Assembly: GCA_964415355.1 (NCBI GenBank)
Contig: CAYPYS010000002.1
Location: 8,048 to 72,047, forward strand
Reading direction: 5' to 3'
Origin: an uncultured Planctomycetia bacterium
Lineage (GTDB): Bacteria; Omnitrophota; Gorgyraeia; Gorgyraeales; Gorgyraeaceae
Length of the DNA stretch: 64,000 bases
This document shows, piece after piece, positions 20,053-29,855 of the stretch (its first letter is position 1; each line of letters begins with the position of its first letter). The translations under genes were made by a program, and so were the position numbers. The notes below the pieces were generated by a model. The model saw only the letters and a program-made list of their open reading frames with translations. It made no database searches and was not told the origin of the DNA.

Positions 20053-21057
20053 ATGCAATTTAACACACCAGAAGATCTTTTGGGACCCGGAGGGAAGAAA
20101 AAAGAAGGGGCTAACTTTCCTGATATTAAGAAGTATATAGTTCCGGCAGTGGGCGGTTTTTTTGCGCTGATATTTGTTTTTTCAGGCCTGTATTCAGTGG
20201 GGCCTGACGAGGTCGGGGTCATAAGGCGTTTCGGCAAATATATTCGCACGACAAACCCGGGCTTGCACTTTAAGGTCCCGATGGGGGTCGAAAAGGTCAA
20301 TAAGGTCAAGGTGCGTTATATTTTCAAAGAAGAGTTTGGGTTTAGGACGCTGAAGGCAGGGGTAAAGACCAGGTATTCGCCAAGGGAGTATTTTGACGAG
20401 TCTTTGATGCTTACAGGAGACTTAAATGTGCTGGTCGTGGAGTGGATAGTGCAGTTCAAGATAAAGGACCCTGTGAAATTATTGTTTAACATAAGAGACC
20501 CGCGTGAGACGATCCGCAATATATCAGAGGCGGTGATGAGACAGACCGTGGGAAACAGCTCTGTAAGCGAAGTCCTGACCACGAGACGAGTGGAAATAAA
20601 TCAGGAGGTCCAGGATGATCTTCAGAAAATACTCGATTCTTACGAAAGCGGCATCCAGGTCGTGACGGTTAAACTGCAGGATGTCAATCCAGCGGATGAG
20701 GTAAAGCCGTCTTTTAACGAAGTAAACGAGGCAAAGCAGGAAAAAGAGAAAGTGATAAATCAGGCGTGGGAGGCCTATAATAAAGCCATTCCAGCTGCCA
20801 AAGGCGAAGCCGAGAAGACTGTAAGAGAAGCCGAGGGTTATGGCTTAAATAGAGTAAACAGGTCTAAAGGGGACGCCCAAAGATTCATAGACATGCGGGA
20901 GTCTTACGACAGAGCAAAAGACGTGACCCGCAAGAGATTGTACTTGGAGACCATGAACGAGGTGTTGCCAAAGGCAGGCCATAAATACATAATAGATTCT
21001 TCTGCTCAGGGTATATTGCCTCTTCTGAAACTGAATAAAGAAGGGGGTGCAAGATGA
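20053..21057 (+). CDS. hflK: FtsH modulator HflK
   Basis: SPFH domain, MLTGD.N, RLYLETM. Confidence 0.93.
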   Translation: MQFNTPEDLLGPGGKKKEGANFPDIKKYIVPAVGGFFALIFVFSGLYSVGPDEVGVIRRFGKYIRTTNPGLHFKVPMGVEKVNKVKVRYIFKEEFGFRTLKAGVKTRYSPREYFDESLMLTGDLNVLVVEWIVQFKIKDPVKLLFNIRDPRETIRNISEAVMRQTVGNSSVSEVLTTRRVEINQEVQDDLQKILDSYESGIQVVTVKLQDVNPADEVKPSFNEVNEAKQEKEKVINQAWEAYNKAIPAAKGEAEKTVREAEGYGLNRVNRSKGDAQRFIDMRESYDRAKDVTRKRLYLETMNEVLPKAGHKYIIDSSAQGILPLLKLNKEGGAR

Positions 21058-21992
21058 AGTTATTTATAAATATTGCAATAGGTTTTTTTGTCCTATCATT
21101 GTTGCTTTTTATGAGTGGCGCGCTTTATATTGTCGATGAGACGCAGCAGGTGGTCATTACCCAATTTGGCAGGCCTATGGGCGATCCGATAATAAAAGCA
21201 GGCCTGTATTTCAAATTGCCTTTTATTCAGCACGCGAATTATTTCGATAAAAGGCTTCTCCAGTGGGACGGGAATCCCAATCAGATCCCGACCAAAGATA
21301 AAAGATATATATGGGTCGATACAACAGCGAGATGGAAGATCAGCGATCCTCTCAGGTTCATGCAATCTGTCACAAATGAGACAGGCGCACATGCTAGATT
21401 GGACGATATAGTAGACTCTGCGACAAGGGATTATATAACAAATCACAATTTAGTGGAAGTGGTCAGGAATTCAAACAGGATCATCGAATCAAAAGTCATA
21501 AGCGAACAAGATGAGATAAAGGCTTCTGATGATGCCCTTGATGCTGTCGTGGTCGGTAGAGAAGAGATCACGAGAGGTATATTGGAACAGGCCTCGGTGA
21601 TGGCCCCTCAGTATGGAATCGAACTGGTAGACGTCAGGATAAAGAGGATAAATTACGTAAAAGAGGTCAGGGATAAGGTGTACGAAAGGATGATATCTGA
21701 GAGAAAAAGGGCAGCAGAGAGATATCGTTCGGAAGGGCAGGGAAAGAAGGCAGAGATATCAGGTCAGATGGGAAAGGAATTAAAAAAGATACGGTCAGAG
21801 GCATATAAGACAGCGGAGGAGATAAAAGGCAAGGCAGATGCAGAGGCTATTAGTATATACGCGGACGCCTACAACAGAGACCCCGAGTTTTATTCTTTCT
21901 TAAAGACACTGGATACATATAAAAATACGATCGATGATGAAACTACTGTGATCTTCAGTTCAGACAGCGAGTATTTCGAGTATTTTCAGTGA
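21054..21992 (+). CDS. hflC: FtsH modulator HflC
   Basis: SPFH domain, RMISER, DPEFYSF. Confidence 0.93.
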   Translation: MKLFINIAIGFFVLSLLLFMSGALYIVDETQQVVITQFGRPMGDPIIKAGLYFKLPFIQHANYFDKRLLQWDGNPNQIPTKDKRYIWVDTTARWKISDPLRFMQSVTNETGAHARLDDIVDSATRDYITNHNLVEVVRNSNRIIESKVISEQDEIKASDDALDAVVVGREEITRGILEQASVMAPQYGIELVDVRIKRINYVKEVRDKVYERMISERKRAAERYRSEGQGKKAEISGQMGKELKKIRSEAYKTAEEIKGKADAEAISIYADAYNRDPEFYSFLKTLDTYKNTIDDETTVIFSSDSEYFEYFQ

Positions 21993-22005
21993 CGGGTACG
22001 GTGCC

Positions 22006-22042
22006 TAAGTTTACACTTTAACGTTGTTGAAATGTAAAGTTA
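22006..22042 (-). repeat. 37-bp repeat copy 11
   Basis: GCC-TAAGTTTACACTTTAACGTTGTTGAAATGTAAAGTTA-GGC. Confidence 0.95.
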
Positions 22043-22053
22043 GGCGGGCAAAG

Positions 22054-22743
22054 ATGCGGTTACAGACTTTTTTATCTAAGGCTGGGATAGCGTCGCGGCG
22101 GGGCGCGGTCGATATTATAAAATCCGGCAGGATAAGCGTCGACGGCAAAAAAATTTTTGAACCATCGTTTAAAATAGATCCTGAAAAAAATACCGTCCTC
22201 TATGATAAAAAGAGGGTGTTTTTAAAAGAAAAAAAGTACGTAATGCTTAACAAGCCCAAAGGGGTTACGAGCACAAGAAAAGACCCTTTTGCGGAAAAGA
22301 CAGTAATGGATTGTCTGCCTCAGGACTTGAGATATTTAAATCCTGTTGGCAGATTGGATAAAGATACGACAGGTTTGCTTTTATTGACAAATGACGGCGA
22401 ACTAATCAACAAGCTCACTCATCCTAGATTCAATATAAAGAAGCTATATATAGTAGAGCTTGATAAAAGATTGGATCTTGGGCATAAAAATAAGCTGGAA
22501 AAAGGCGTTTTGATAGACGGAAAACCTACGGCGCCTTGCAGTATAGGATATAGAGAGAAAAACAAGGTAGAGATAACGCTGCGCGAAGGCAGGAAGCGCC
22601 AGGTAAAGAGGATGTTTAAAAAAGCAGGCTATAAGGTCGTGGGTCTAAAGAGATCAGGAGAAGGGGCTTTGAGCTTAGGGGCCTTGCCTTTGGGCAAATG
22701 GAGGTTTCTTACAAAGGAAGAGGTGTCCGGGCTTAAAAAATAA
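22054..22743 (+). CDS. rluB: rRNA pseudouridine synthase (RluB/RsuA family)
   Basis: S4 domain, NKPKG, GRLDKDTTGL, EGRKRQVKRM. Confidence 0.88.
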   Translation: MRLQTFLSKAGIASRRGAVDIIKSGRISVDGKKIFEPSFKIDPEKNTVLYDKKRVFLKEKKYVMLNKPKGVTSTRKDPFAEKTVMDCLPQDLRYLNPVGRLDKDTTGLLLLTNDGELINKLTHPRFNIKKLYIVELDKRLDLGHKNKLEKGVLIDGKPTAPCSIGYREKNKVEITLREGRKRQVKRMFKKAGYKVVGLKRSGEGALSLGALPLGKWRFLTKEEVSGLKK

Positions 22744-22940
22744 AATCTTCAATCACCCTTGACTATTCTCCGAACAGTGTGTAAACTATTACATTAAGAA
22801 TTATTGTCTTTTGCTATCTTGTATAAAAAAGAAAGGGGGGAGGAAATAGCAGTTTATACTAGATAGGATTTTTTAAATACCTAGATAATTTTAATAATAT
22901 AAAAATATACTTTTAAGAAAATATATCAAGGAGGGAACAG

Positions 22941-23720
22941 ATGAGATTATTATTAGCAGCACTAATGGTAATTGGTTTCGCAGGCGCAGCTTACGCTGCT
23001 CCGGTAGGACTTACTTCAGAGGCAGACGCAACGAGCGCAGAATGGGCGTATAATGATGTTACTGCGAGCATAGGATTTATCGGTGACTCACTTGAAAGAA
23101 ACATTGACATGGATAGTGGTAATTTTGAAGCATCAGTATACGCAGCTAGGCTCGGGTTGAATATTACAGAAAAATTCAATATCTATGTTGATCTTGGCCA
23201 GGCTCAGGATATGGAAATAAGTGCCATGATTAAAGGTGAAACCATAAAATATGATTTTGATGATGATTTTTTATGGGGAATAGGCGGAAACGCATTGATC
23301 TATCGCTGGGACAATGGCCTTGAGGTAGGCGTGAATGCAGCTTACAGGCAAGCTGATATGACACTCAATAAAGCTGATGTAGACTCCCAGCAGTATGATA
23401 GAGTAGACTTGACCAATGTAAAAGACGGGGAATACTCAGATTGGCATCTAGCTTGTGAACTGGCTTGGAAGACAGAATATCTAATACCATATGTTGGCGT
23501 AAGATATTCAGATATAGAAGTAGATGGATATTTTGAAGAAGGTGGCGAAGCAAAAGATGCCTCAGGAAAGAATTCTTCAGAGAACGTAGGCGCTTTTGTT
23601 GGCTTGACTATTACACCTAAAGTAGAAGGATCTCCAAAGAGCGAGCAGATATCAATAAATGTAGAAGGCAGGTTTATTGATGAAGAAGCCTTTAGCGTAG
23701 GAGTAAATTATAGGTTTTAA
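22941..23720 (+). CDS. Outer-membrane beta-barrel protein
   Basis: Signal peptide, PYVGVRYS, C-terminal YRF. Confidence 0.7.
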   Translation: MRLLLAALMVIGFAGAAYAAPVGLTSEADATSAEWAYNDVTASIGFIGDSLERNIDMDSGNFEASVYAARLGLNITEKFNIYVDLGQAQDMEISAMIKGETIKYDFDDDFLWGIGGNALIYRWDNGLEVGVNAAYRQADMTLNKADVDSQQYDRVDLTNVKDGEYSDWHLACELAWKTEYLIPYVGVRYSDIEVDGYFEEGGEAKDASGKNSSENVGAFVGLTITPKVEGSPKSEQISINVEGRFIDEEAFSVGVNYRF

Positions 23721-23752
23721 GCAGAGAATTATACACGTGAATAGTTTTTAAC

Positions 23753-23791
23753 AAAAAGCGTAGCGGGTTAAAAAGGCCCGCTACGCTTTTT
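23753..23791. terminator. Bidirectional terminator
   Basis: AAAAAGCGTAGCGGG...CCCGCTACGCTTTTT. Confidence 0.85.
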
Positions 23792-23815
23792 ATGTTTACA
23801 TAGGGGTGCACTATT

Positions 23816-24877
23816 ATGGAATTAAAGACGTTATTAAAAGGCATGATTGAAAAAAAAGCGTCTGACCTGGTTATTAAGGCGGGCAGTCCGGCATGCATGA
23901 GGATCAATGGGTCTCTTTTTAAGGACGGGGCTGAACTGACAGATAAGTGCGTTAGCGGATTGGTCGATGAGATACAAAAAAGAAGCGGGCTTAATACTTT
24001 AAAAGAGAAAAGCGAATCAGTCCTATCTTTTGGCGTGGAGGATATGGGAAGATTCAGGACTACTGTTTTTAGAGAGAAGGGTAGTTTTGTAATTGTGGTG
24101 CGGGCCGTAAATACCGCTATCCCCACATTCGCGGATTTGAATCTTCCGGCAAAGGTGCTAGAGAGGCTGTGTACTGAAAAGCGCGGCCTGGTCTTGATCA
24201 CCGGCACGACTGGAAGCGGAAAATCCACCAGCGTGGCCAGTATGCTGGAATACATAAATAAAAACATGGCTCGCCACATAATAACGCTTGAGGATCCGAT
24301 CGAATTTATGTTTGAGGATAAGAAATCTATCGTGACCCAGAGAGAAATCAGGGTAGATACAAATAGTTTCCAGAGTGCGCTCGAATTCATAATGCTGCAG
24401 ACGCCTGACACGATATTTATAGGAGACATAAGAAATTCAGAGGTCATGTCAACGGCCCTAACGGCTGCAGAGACAGGGCAGCTGGTAATAGCGAACCTGC
24501 ACACGATAAATACTACTCACACCATAGAGAGGATCGTTAATTTTTTCCAGCCGCACCAGCATGCAGAGATCAGGATGCAGCTCTCTCTATTGTTAAAGGG
24601 CATTTTGTCGCTGAGATTAATGCCTCTTCTGGATGGCAGCGGTCGGGTTCCGGCTTGTGAGGTCCTTATATCAACGCCTACTATAGTGGAGTTGATCAGG
24701 GAAGGAAAGATCGACGAAATAGAATATTATATCAAAGACGGGGGCCTTTATGGCATGCAGACCTTTGACCATGCCTTGCTTAGCCTGTACAAGGAAAAGA
24801 AGATATCGGAAGAGACGGCCCTGGCTTACGCAGACAGAAGAAATGAACTCATAATGAACATAAAAGAACTAAGCTAA
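23816..24877 (+). CDS. pilT: Type IV pilus retraction ATPase, PilT/PilU family
   Basis: GTTGSGKST, EDPIE, QRE, GMQTFD. Confidence 0.85.
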   Translation: MELKTLLKGMIEKKASDLVIKAGSPACMRINGSLFKDGAELTDKCVSGLVDEIQKRSGLNTLKEKSESVLSFGVEDMGRFRTTVFREKGSFVIVVRAVNTAIPTFADLNLPAKVLERLCTEKRGLVLITGTTGSGKSTSVASMLEYINKNMARHIITLEDPIEFMFEDKKSIVTQREIRVDTNSFQSALEFIMLQTPDTIFIGDIRNSEVMSTALTAAETGQLVIANLHTINTTHTIERIVNFFQPHQHAEIRMQLSLLLKGILSLRLMPLLDGSGRVPACEVLISTPTIVELIREGKIDEIEYYIKDGGLYGMQTFDHALLSLYKEKKISEETALAYADRRNELIMNIKELS

Positions 24878-24911
24878 CTTTACATTTCAACAACGTTAAA
24901 ATGTAAAGTTA
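24875..24911 (+). repeat. 37-bp repeat copy 12 (TAA is a stop codon)
   Basis: TAACTTTACATTTCAACAACGTTAAAATGTAAAGTTA. Confidence 0.95.
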
Positions 24912-24920
24912 GGAAGGGCT

Positions 24921-26723
24921 ATGAAGAAATTATTTATTTTTTTGTTTTTTATCCTCATAATTGCCGCAGTAACCCTTCTCGTATTCCTTTTGACATTTGA
25001 TGCGAATAAATACAAACCCTTGTTAACAGAAAAAATAGAGCAGGCTATAGATAAAGACGTTAAAATAGGAAATATATCGCTGGGTTTTTTGCCTGCGATC
25101 AAGCTGCGGCTAGACGGAGTTTCTATAAAAGGCCGCAATGAGACATGGGAGGATTCTGATCTGAGGACTTCCTCTATAGAGGCTAATATCAAGCTTCTGC
25201 CGCTCCTGAAGAAGGATGTTCAGATCGAGCACATCGCGGTCAGGGGCATGGATATAACTATTGCAAGGGGTTTTGAACCAGCGTCAGTTAGTAAGGCAGT
25301 CACAGGAGAGGATGAGGATATCGGGTTAGCTGCGATAGGTGCGTTGAATTTTTTGGCAAAATCAGTATCTATAATAGATTCGAGTATTCAATATGACAAT
25401 ATAAAGGTGGATGTCGCAAAAGCCGTGCTTGAAAATATATCGTTATTCGGACCTGTGAATGCCAATGCCAGGCTGTCTCTCTTTGCGAGGGGGGCCGAGA
25501 ACGTGGATTTAAAAGCCGTGTTCTATCCTGAATTAGAAACTAAAAAACCTTATATCAAAAATCTTGACCTAAAGATAGACCTGGCCAGGCTTGACCTTAG
25601 GGGAGCCCTGGATGCGCTTGGGCAGGATGATATTGCAGATAAGATCATTGGGAAGGAATTCAAGGGAGATCTGGTTATAAACTCAGAAAAGATGTACCTT
25701 GATCCAAGGCGGATCTACGAATCGAATCTATATGTCAATCTGTCCGATGTTGAAACAGACCTTGTCCCTGTAAAAGGAGGCATTAGAGACATAGTGCTTA
25801 AAGCTGAGATAGAACGCGGCGACCTGATTATGCAAAAGCTCAGTGGTTCGCTTTCCAGAGGTTCTTTTATAGCCAAAGGCAGCATTAAAGATATTTTGTC
25901 CAGCCAATATTCTAGCCTGGACATCGAATTGAGTGATATTGAGATATCCTCGTTATTTTTTGCTATATCACCTGACAGGCCATACCTGGAAGGGCGCCTG
26001 AGCGCGGATATCCTTTCCTCTGTCAGAGGATTGTCAAAAGAGAAAATCTTTAATACGTTAAAGGCGAAAGGCGCTGTCAGGATAAACGAGGCTGTGTTGA
26101 AAAACATGAACCTTCTGACTGTCGCGCTTGATAAGCTTGATATGCTGCCGGGCCTGGTGCGGAAATTAAAAAGTAATCTGTCTGCTCGTTACAGGGAGCT
26201 CTTGAGGCAAAATTTCACGGTCTTCGAACCTATAGACCTGAATTTTAATGTCGAAGGCGATACATTGTTTCTGCAGGAGACGGTTATAGAGTCGGATGGT
26301 TTTTACATTATATGCGACGGCTATTTGAAAGCGAACGGAGATTTTATAATGGATTCCGATCTGTTTATAGCAGCTGACCTTTCAGATGCCTTTGTGGACG
26401 CGGTCCGTGAGTTTAAGTATTTACAGAATAGACAGGGCATGATAACGATGCCGCTGGATATCTATGGTAAATTTCCCGATGTTGTAGTAAAACCGGATCT
26501 AGACTATGTAATACAGAGACTGGCTGTCTCAAAGGGCCAGGAATTGCTGGAGGATATTTTTAAAGTAAAAAGGCGAAGAAAGCCGGATGATGTGCCTGGC
26601 ACAGAGACAGAGCCTGGATCTGAGCAAGAGGACAGCCAGAGACAAGAGCAGGACGAAGAGATTAGCCCGGAAGAAGCGATCATAAGGACGATATTCGACA
26701 TAATCAGCCCTCCAAGCAATTAA
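24921..26723 (+). CDS. AsmA-family protein
   Basis: N-terminal TM, FDANKYKP..IEQA, beta-rich body, C-terminal P..I.G....P. Confidence 0.75.
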   Translation: MKKLFIFLFFILIIAAVTLLVFLLTFDANKYKPLLTEKIEQAIDKDVKIGNISLGFLPAIKLRLDGVSIKGRNETWEDSDLRTSSIEANIKLLPLLKKDVQIEHIAVRGMDITIARGFEPASVSKAVTGEDEDIGLAAIGALNFLAKSVSIIDSSIQYDNIKVDVAKAVLENISLFGPVNANARLSLFARGAENVDLKAVFYPELETKKPYIKNLDLKIDLARLDLRGALDALGQDDIADKIIGKEFKGDLVINSEKMYLDPRRIYESNLYVNLSDVETDLVPVKGGIRDIVLKAEIERGDLIMQKLSGSLSRGSFIAKGSIKDILSSQYSSLDIELSDIEISSLFFAISPDRPYLEGRLSADILSSVRGLSKEKIFNTLKAKGAVRINEAVLKNMNLLTVALDKLDMLPGLVRKLKSNLSARYRELLRQNFTVFEPIDLNFNVEGDTLFLQETVIESDGFYIICDGYLKANGDFIMDSDLFIAADLSDAFVDAVREFKYLQNRQGMITMPLDIYGKFPDVVVKPDLDYVIQRLAVSKGQELLEDIFKVKRRRKPDDVPGTETEPGSEQEDSQRQEQDEEISPEEAIIRTIFDIISPPSN

Positions 26724-26725
26724 GG

Positions 26726-27055
26726 ATGATTAGAATGGGATCTTACATCTCGATTTTTATTACAGCGCCTGATAAGCGAGAGGCAAAAAAGATCAGCAGC
26801 GCGCTTCTTGATATGCGCATGATAGCATGCGCCAACATAATAGATAATATAGAGTCTTATTTTTGGTGGAAAGGCAAGAAAGAAAAAACCAGAGAGTGCC
26901 TTGTTATCGCCAAGACAAAAAAGTCTCGCCTCAGCAAGATCATTAAAAAGGTAAAATCTATCCATCCTTACGAGGTGCCTGAAATAATAGCCTTGCCGAT
27001 CATAGGCGGGTATAAACAATATTTAGAGTGGATAGATAGGGAGGCCCGGCCATGA
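26726..27055 (+). CDS. cutA: Divalent-cation tolerance protein CutA
   Basis: IACAN, SYFWWKG, HPYEVPEI. Confidence 0.93.
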   Translation: MIRMGSYISIFITAPDKREAKKISSALLDMRMIACANIIDNIESYFWWKGKKEKTRECLVIAKTKKSRLSKIIKKVKSIHPYEVPEIIALPIIGGYKQYLEWIDREARP

Positions 27056-27486
27056 AACTTTCAAGTCCAGAATTCGAGCACAATGGACATATCCCTAAAA
27101 AATTTACGTGTCAAGGAGATGATATAAGCCCTGCGCTGATCGTTGAAGATATTCCTGAAGGCGCGAGGACGCTAGCTTTAGTAGTAGATGATCCGGACGC
27201 GCCAATGGGGACATGGGTGCATTGGGTCGTGTACAATATCTCCCCTGCGATGTCCAGGATCAAGGAAGACAGTATTCCCGGAATACAGGTTATGAATAAT
27301 TTTGGCCGGATTGAATACGGAGGTCCTTGTCCGCCGTCCGGCACTCACCGTTATTTTTTTAAGGTATACGCATTAGATACAGAGCTTAGCCTGAAAGAAA
27401 ATTCTAGAAAAAAAGACCTGGAAAAGGCCATGGAAGGCCGTATATTGGGCAAGGCTGAATTAATAGGTCTTTATAAAAAGCAATAG
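27052..27486 (+). CDS. YbhB/YbcL (PEBP/RKIP) family protein
   Basis: DDPDAP..WVHW, YGGPCPP..HRY. Confidence 0.93.
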   Translation: MKLSSPEFEHNGHIPKKFTCQGDDISPALIVEDIPEGARTLALVVDDPDAPMGTWVHWVVYNISPAMSRIKEDSIPGIQVMNNFGRIEYGGPCPPSGTHRYFFKVYALDTELSLKENSRKKDLEKAMEGRILGKAELIGLYKKQ

Positions 27487-27489
27487 GCA

Positions 27490-27993
27490 ATGGATACTTT
27501 AGACGCGATAAGACAAAGACGCTCTGTAAGGCAATACAAGAAGAAATTGCCGTCGGAGAATGATATAAAAACGATCCTTGAGGCTGCGAGGTGGGCGCCA
27601 TCGGGTTTAAATAATCAACCGTGGAGATTTTTGATCATAAAGGATAAGGTCAAGAAAGACGGCCTGGCAAAGTTTACAAAATATGGTGAGATAATAAAAG
27701 ATGCCCCGCTGACTATCGTTGTGTTTATAGATAACGCTGATTCTTACAACAGGGAAAAGGATTTAATGGCCATAGGCGCCTGTATCCAGAATATGATGCT
27801 CGAGGCATATTCTAAGGGCTTAGGGGCGTGCTGGCTGGGAGAGATATTAAATAGGAAAAAAGAGGTAATAGAGTATTTAGATCTTAACGAAGATCTGGAA
27901 TTAATGGCTGTCGTGACATTGGGTTACGGCGACGAAGAGATCACCAAGTCCTGCAGGAAGCCTCTAAAAAATCTCATTCTCAATCTCAAGTAA
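27490..27993 (+). CDS. Nitroreductase-family protein
   Basis: RRSVR, APSGLNNQPW, GLGACW. Confidence 0.92.
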   Translation: MDTLDAIRQRRSVRQYKKKLPSENDIKTILEAARWAPSGLNNQPWRFLIIKDKVKKDGLAKFTKYGEIIKDAPLTIVVFIDNADSYNREKDLMAIGACIQNMMLEAYSKGLGACWLGEILNRKKEVIEYLDLNEDLELMAVVTLGYGDEEITKSCRKPLKNLILNLK

Positions 27994-28027
27994 CTTTACA
28001 TTTCAACAACGTTAAAGTGTAAAGTTA
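27991..28027 (+). repeat. 37-bp repeat copy 13 (TAA is a stop codon)
   Basis: Consensus sequence. Confidence 0.95.
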
Positions 28028-28031
28028 GGCA

Positions 28032-29012
28032 ATGGAGTACTCAATGGCAGAAGGTTTTTATAATTTTCATTCTATAGCGTATGGGATATTAAAGATATTC
28101 TTTTTGCTCGCTATAGGATTTGCGCTTTATACGAAAAAGATCGTAAAAAAAGATTCTCTGGAGGGCCTTAGCAATATATTGATCTGGGCGTGTATTCCTG
28201 CCTTGATCTTTACTAAAATAACGTCTGCGTTTGATCCTTTTTCGTTTCCGAAATGGTGGATCTTACCCCTAAGCTCGATGATCATGGCTTTTACAGGCAT
28301 GGGCATCGGGTATTTATTCCAAAAGCCATTAAAGGGTTTTAAGTCGGGTCGGGAATTTATGATGTCCTGCGCATTCCAGAACTCAGGGTATCTGCCCATG
28401 GCCCTTGTGGCCTTTGTCTGCACAGGCCCGTTCTGCGACAAGGTCCTTGTTTATATATTTCTCTTTCTTATGGGATTTAATATACTTATATGGTCGTTCG
28501 GCCCCGCGTTTCTTTCGAAAAATTTCAGGGGAGATTTTAAGCTCAGCGCTATTTTAAATCCGCCTGTCACAGTTACCATCTTTTCGATCTCATGGGTTTT
28601 TTTAATGGGTAAAGGCAGCGTCCATGATCTAGTTTTTGATCCGTTGGTTATGCTGGGTAATTCGAGTTTTCCTCTGGCGTTGATAGTGCTTGGTGCGCAG
28701 CTCGCAGCTTATCGTGGATTTAAGGCTGAGAACTGGAGCGCATTGGCAAGCTGTTTGTCCGCTAAGCTTATAGCATTGCCTATTATAGCGCTTGGCCTGG
28801 TCAGGTATCTGCCGCTGCCGTACGCCTTGAAGTTTTTTATTTTTTTAGAGGCTACAATGCCTGCAGCCGTAAGTCTCGTTGTGATAGGGCAATATGTCAA
28901 CGCTGACAATAGATTTTTAAGCGGCATTATAGTATATTCGCACTTGCTCGCCGTCATAACTATACCTGCGTGGCTATTGATATTCCGCCTGACCGTTAAC
29001 TTTACGTTTTAA
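28032..29012 (+). CDS. AEC (auxin efflux carrier) family transporter
   Basis: PALIF, NSGYLP, MPAA; about 10 TM helices. Confidence 0.88.
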   Translation: MEYSMAEGFYNFHSIAYGILKIFFLLAIGFALYTKKIVKKDSLEGLSNILIWACIPALIFTKITSAFDPFSFPKWWILPLSSMIMAFTGMGIGYLFQKPLKGFKSGREFMMSCAFQNSGYLPMALVAFVCTGPFCDKVLVYIFLFLMGFNILIWSFGPAFLSKNFRGDFKLSAILNPPVTVTIFSISWVFLMGKGSVHDLVFDPLVMLGNSSFPLALIVLGAQLAAYRGFKAENWSALASCLSAKLIALPIIALGLVRYLPLPYALKFFIFLEATMPAAVSLVVIGQYVNADNRFLSGIIVYSHLLAVITIPAWLLIFRLTVNFTF

Positions 29013-29190
29013 CACAAGTTACTCTCTCCGCTCGTAACTTGTTTCAAAGGGGTTTCACCCCTATGACGCTACGCAATGCTCCTCTGCGTCGCATTGCTCC
29101 ATTGTTACCCCTCGAGGGGATGCAGGCATTCCCTCGAGCTCCCCAGTTGCATGGAATTAAAATTCCATGCAATGTTGAAGTGTAAAGTTA
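28997..29190 (-). mobile_element. 194-bp expanded repeat (copy 14), MITE/REPIN-like
   Basis: Repeat arms flank a 157-bp multi-hairpin insert homologous to the one in 38761-38954. Confidence 0.75.
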
Positions 29191-29234
29191 GGCTTTTATT
29201 GACTATTCGCACAAAAAGGTGTAAAATGAATATA

Positions 29235-29777
29235 ATGGATAATAAAGGTATATTGAAACTTTCAATAATGGTCTTGTTTGCCTTGCTTATAGGCACGTAT
29301 GTCATAGGATATTTTATGTATAAAGATTATAGTGAAAAAACCGCGTATTTAAATGACCAGGCCCAGCTTGCCACGGATAGATTTAAGGAGATGGAAGACG
29401 GCATGAGGGATATTGATGTTGTCTTGTCGAACGCGACAGACGAGAACAAGATAGAGATAAGAAAGATGTTGTCACAGTTGGATTCGATGCAGGGGATCCT
29501 TAAAGATTGGGAAACGGAATACAATAAAACTGTTTCAGATCTCAAGGGTGAGATCAGCGATTTAAAAGTCAGCAGGCTCAGGAGGAGAATGGAAAAGCTG
29601 CAGGATGAGATAGATGGTTTCAAGATGGCGATGCAGGATTGGGACCTGAAGATATACGATGACAACAGGGCGTTGACCTATAAAGAAGGCATTGAAGGCG
29701 TGGACCTCGGCAAGATCTCGGTTAAAAAAAAGAGTGACGGCAAGAGAGAGCAGGAACGAGAGACCAAGAAAAAGTAA
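29235..29777 (+). CDS. Membrane-anchored coiled-coil protein
   Basis: N-terminal TM then heptads; start moved downstream of the repeat and of TTGACT-17-TAAAAT. Confidence 0.7.
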   Translation: MDNKGILKLSIMVLFALLIGTYVIGYFMYKDYSEKTAYLNDQAQLATDRFKEMEDGMRDIDVVLSNATDENKIEIRKMLSQLDSMQGILKDWETEYNKTVSDLKGEISDLKVSRLRRRMEKLQDEIDGFKMAMQDWDLKIYDDNRALTYKEGIEGVDLGKISVKKKSDGKREQERETKKK

Positions 29778-29855
29778 AAACGCGAATTGAGAGCATACTT
29801 ACCTTTTAATATCATCAATCCACAAGTTTTAAAATAAATTAGGCTCTAGGCTTAG

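Noticed and set aside
8869-29234. Shared N-terminal 'MLKCKV' in ORFs at 8869, 17188, 22024 and inside 29076
   Set aside because: Artefact of a TTG within the reverse-orientation repeat; better starts lie downstream
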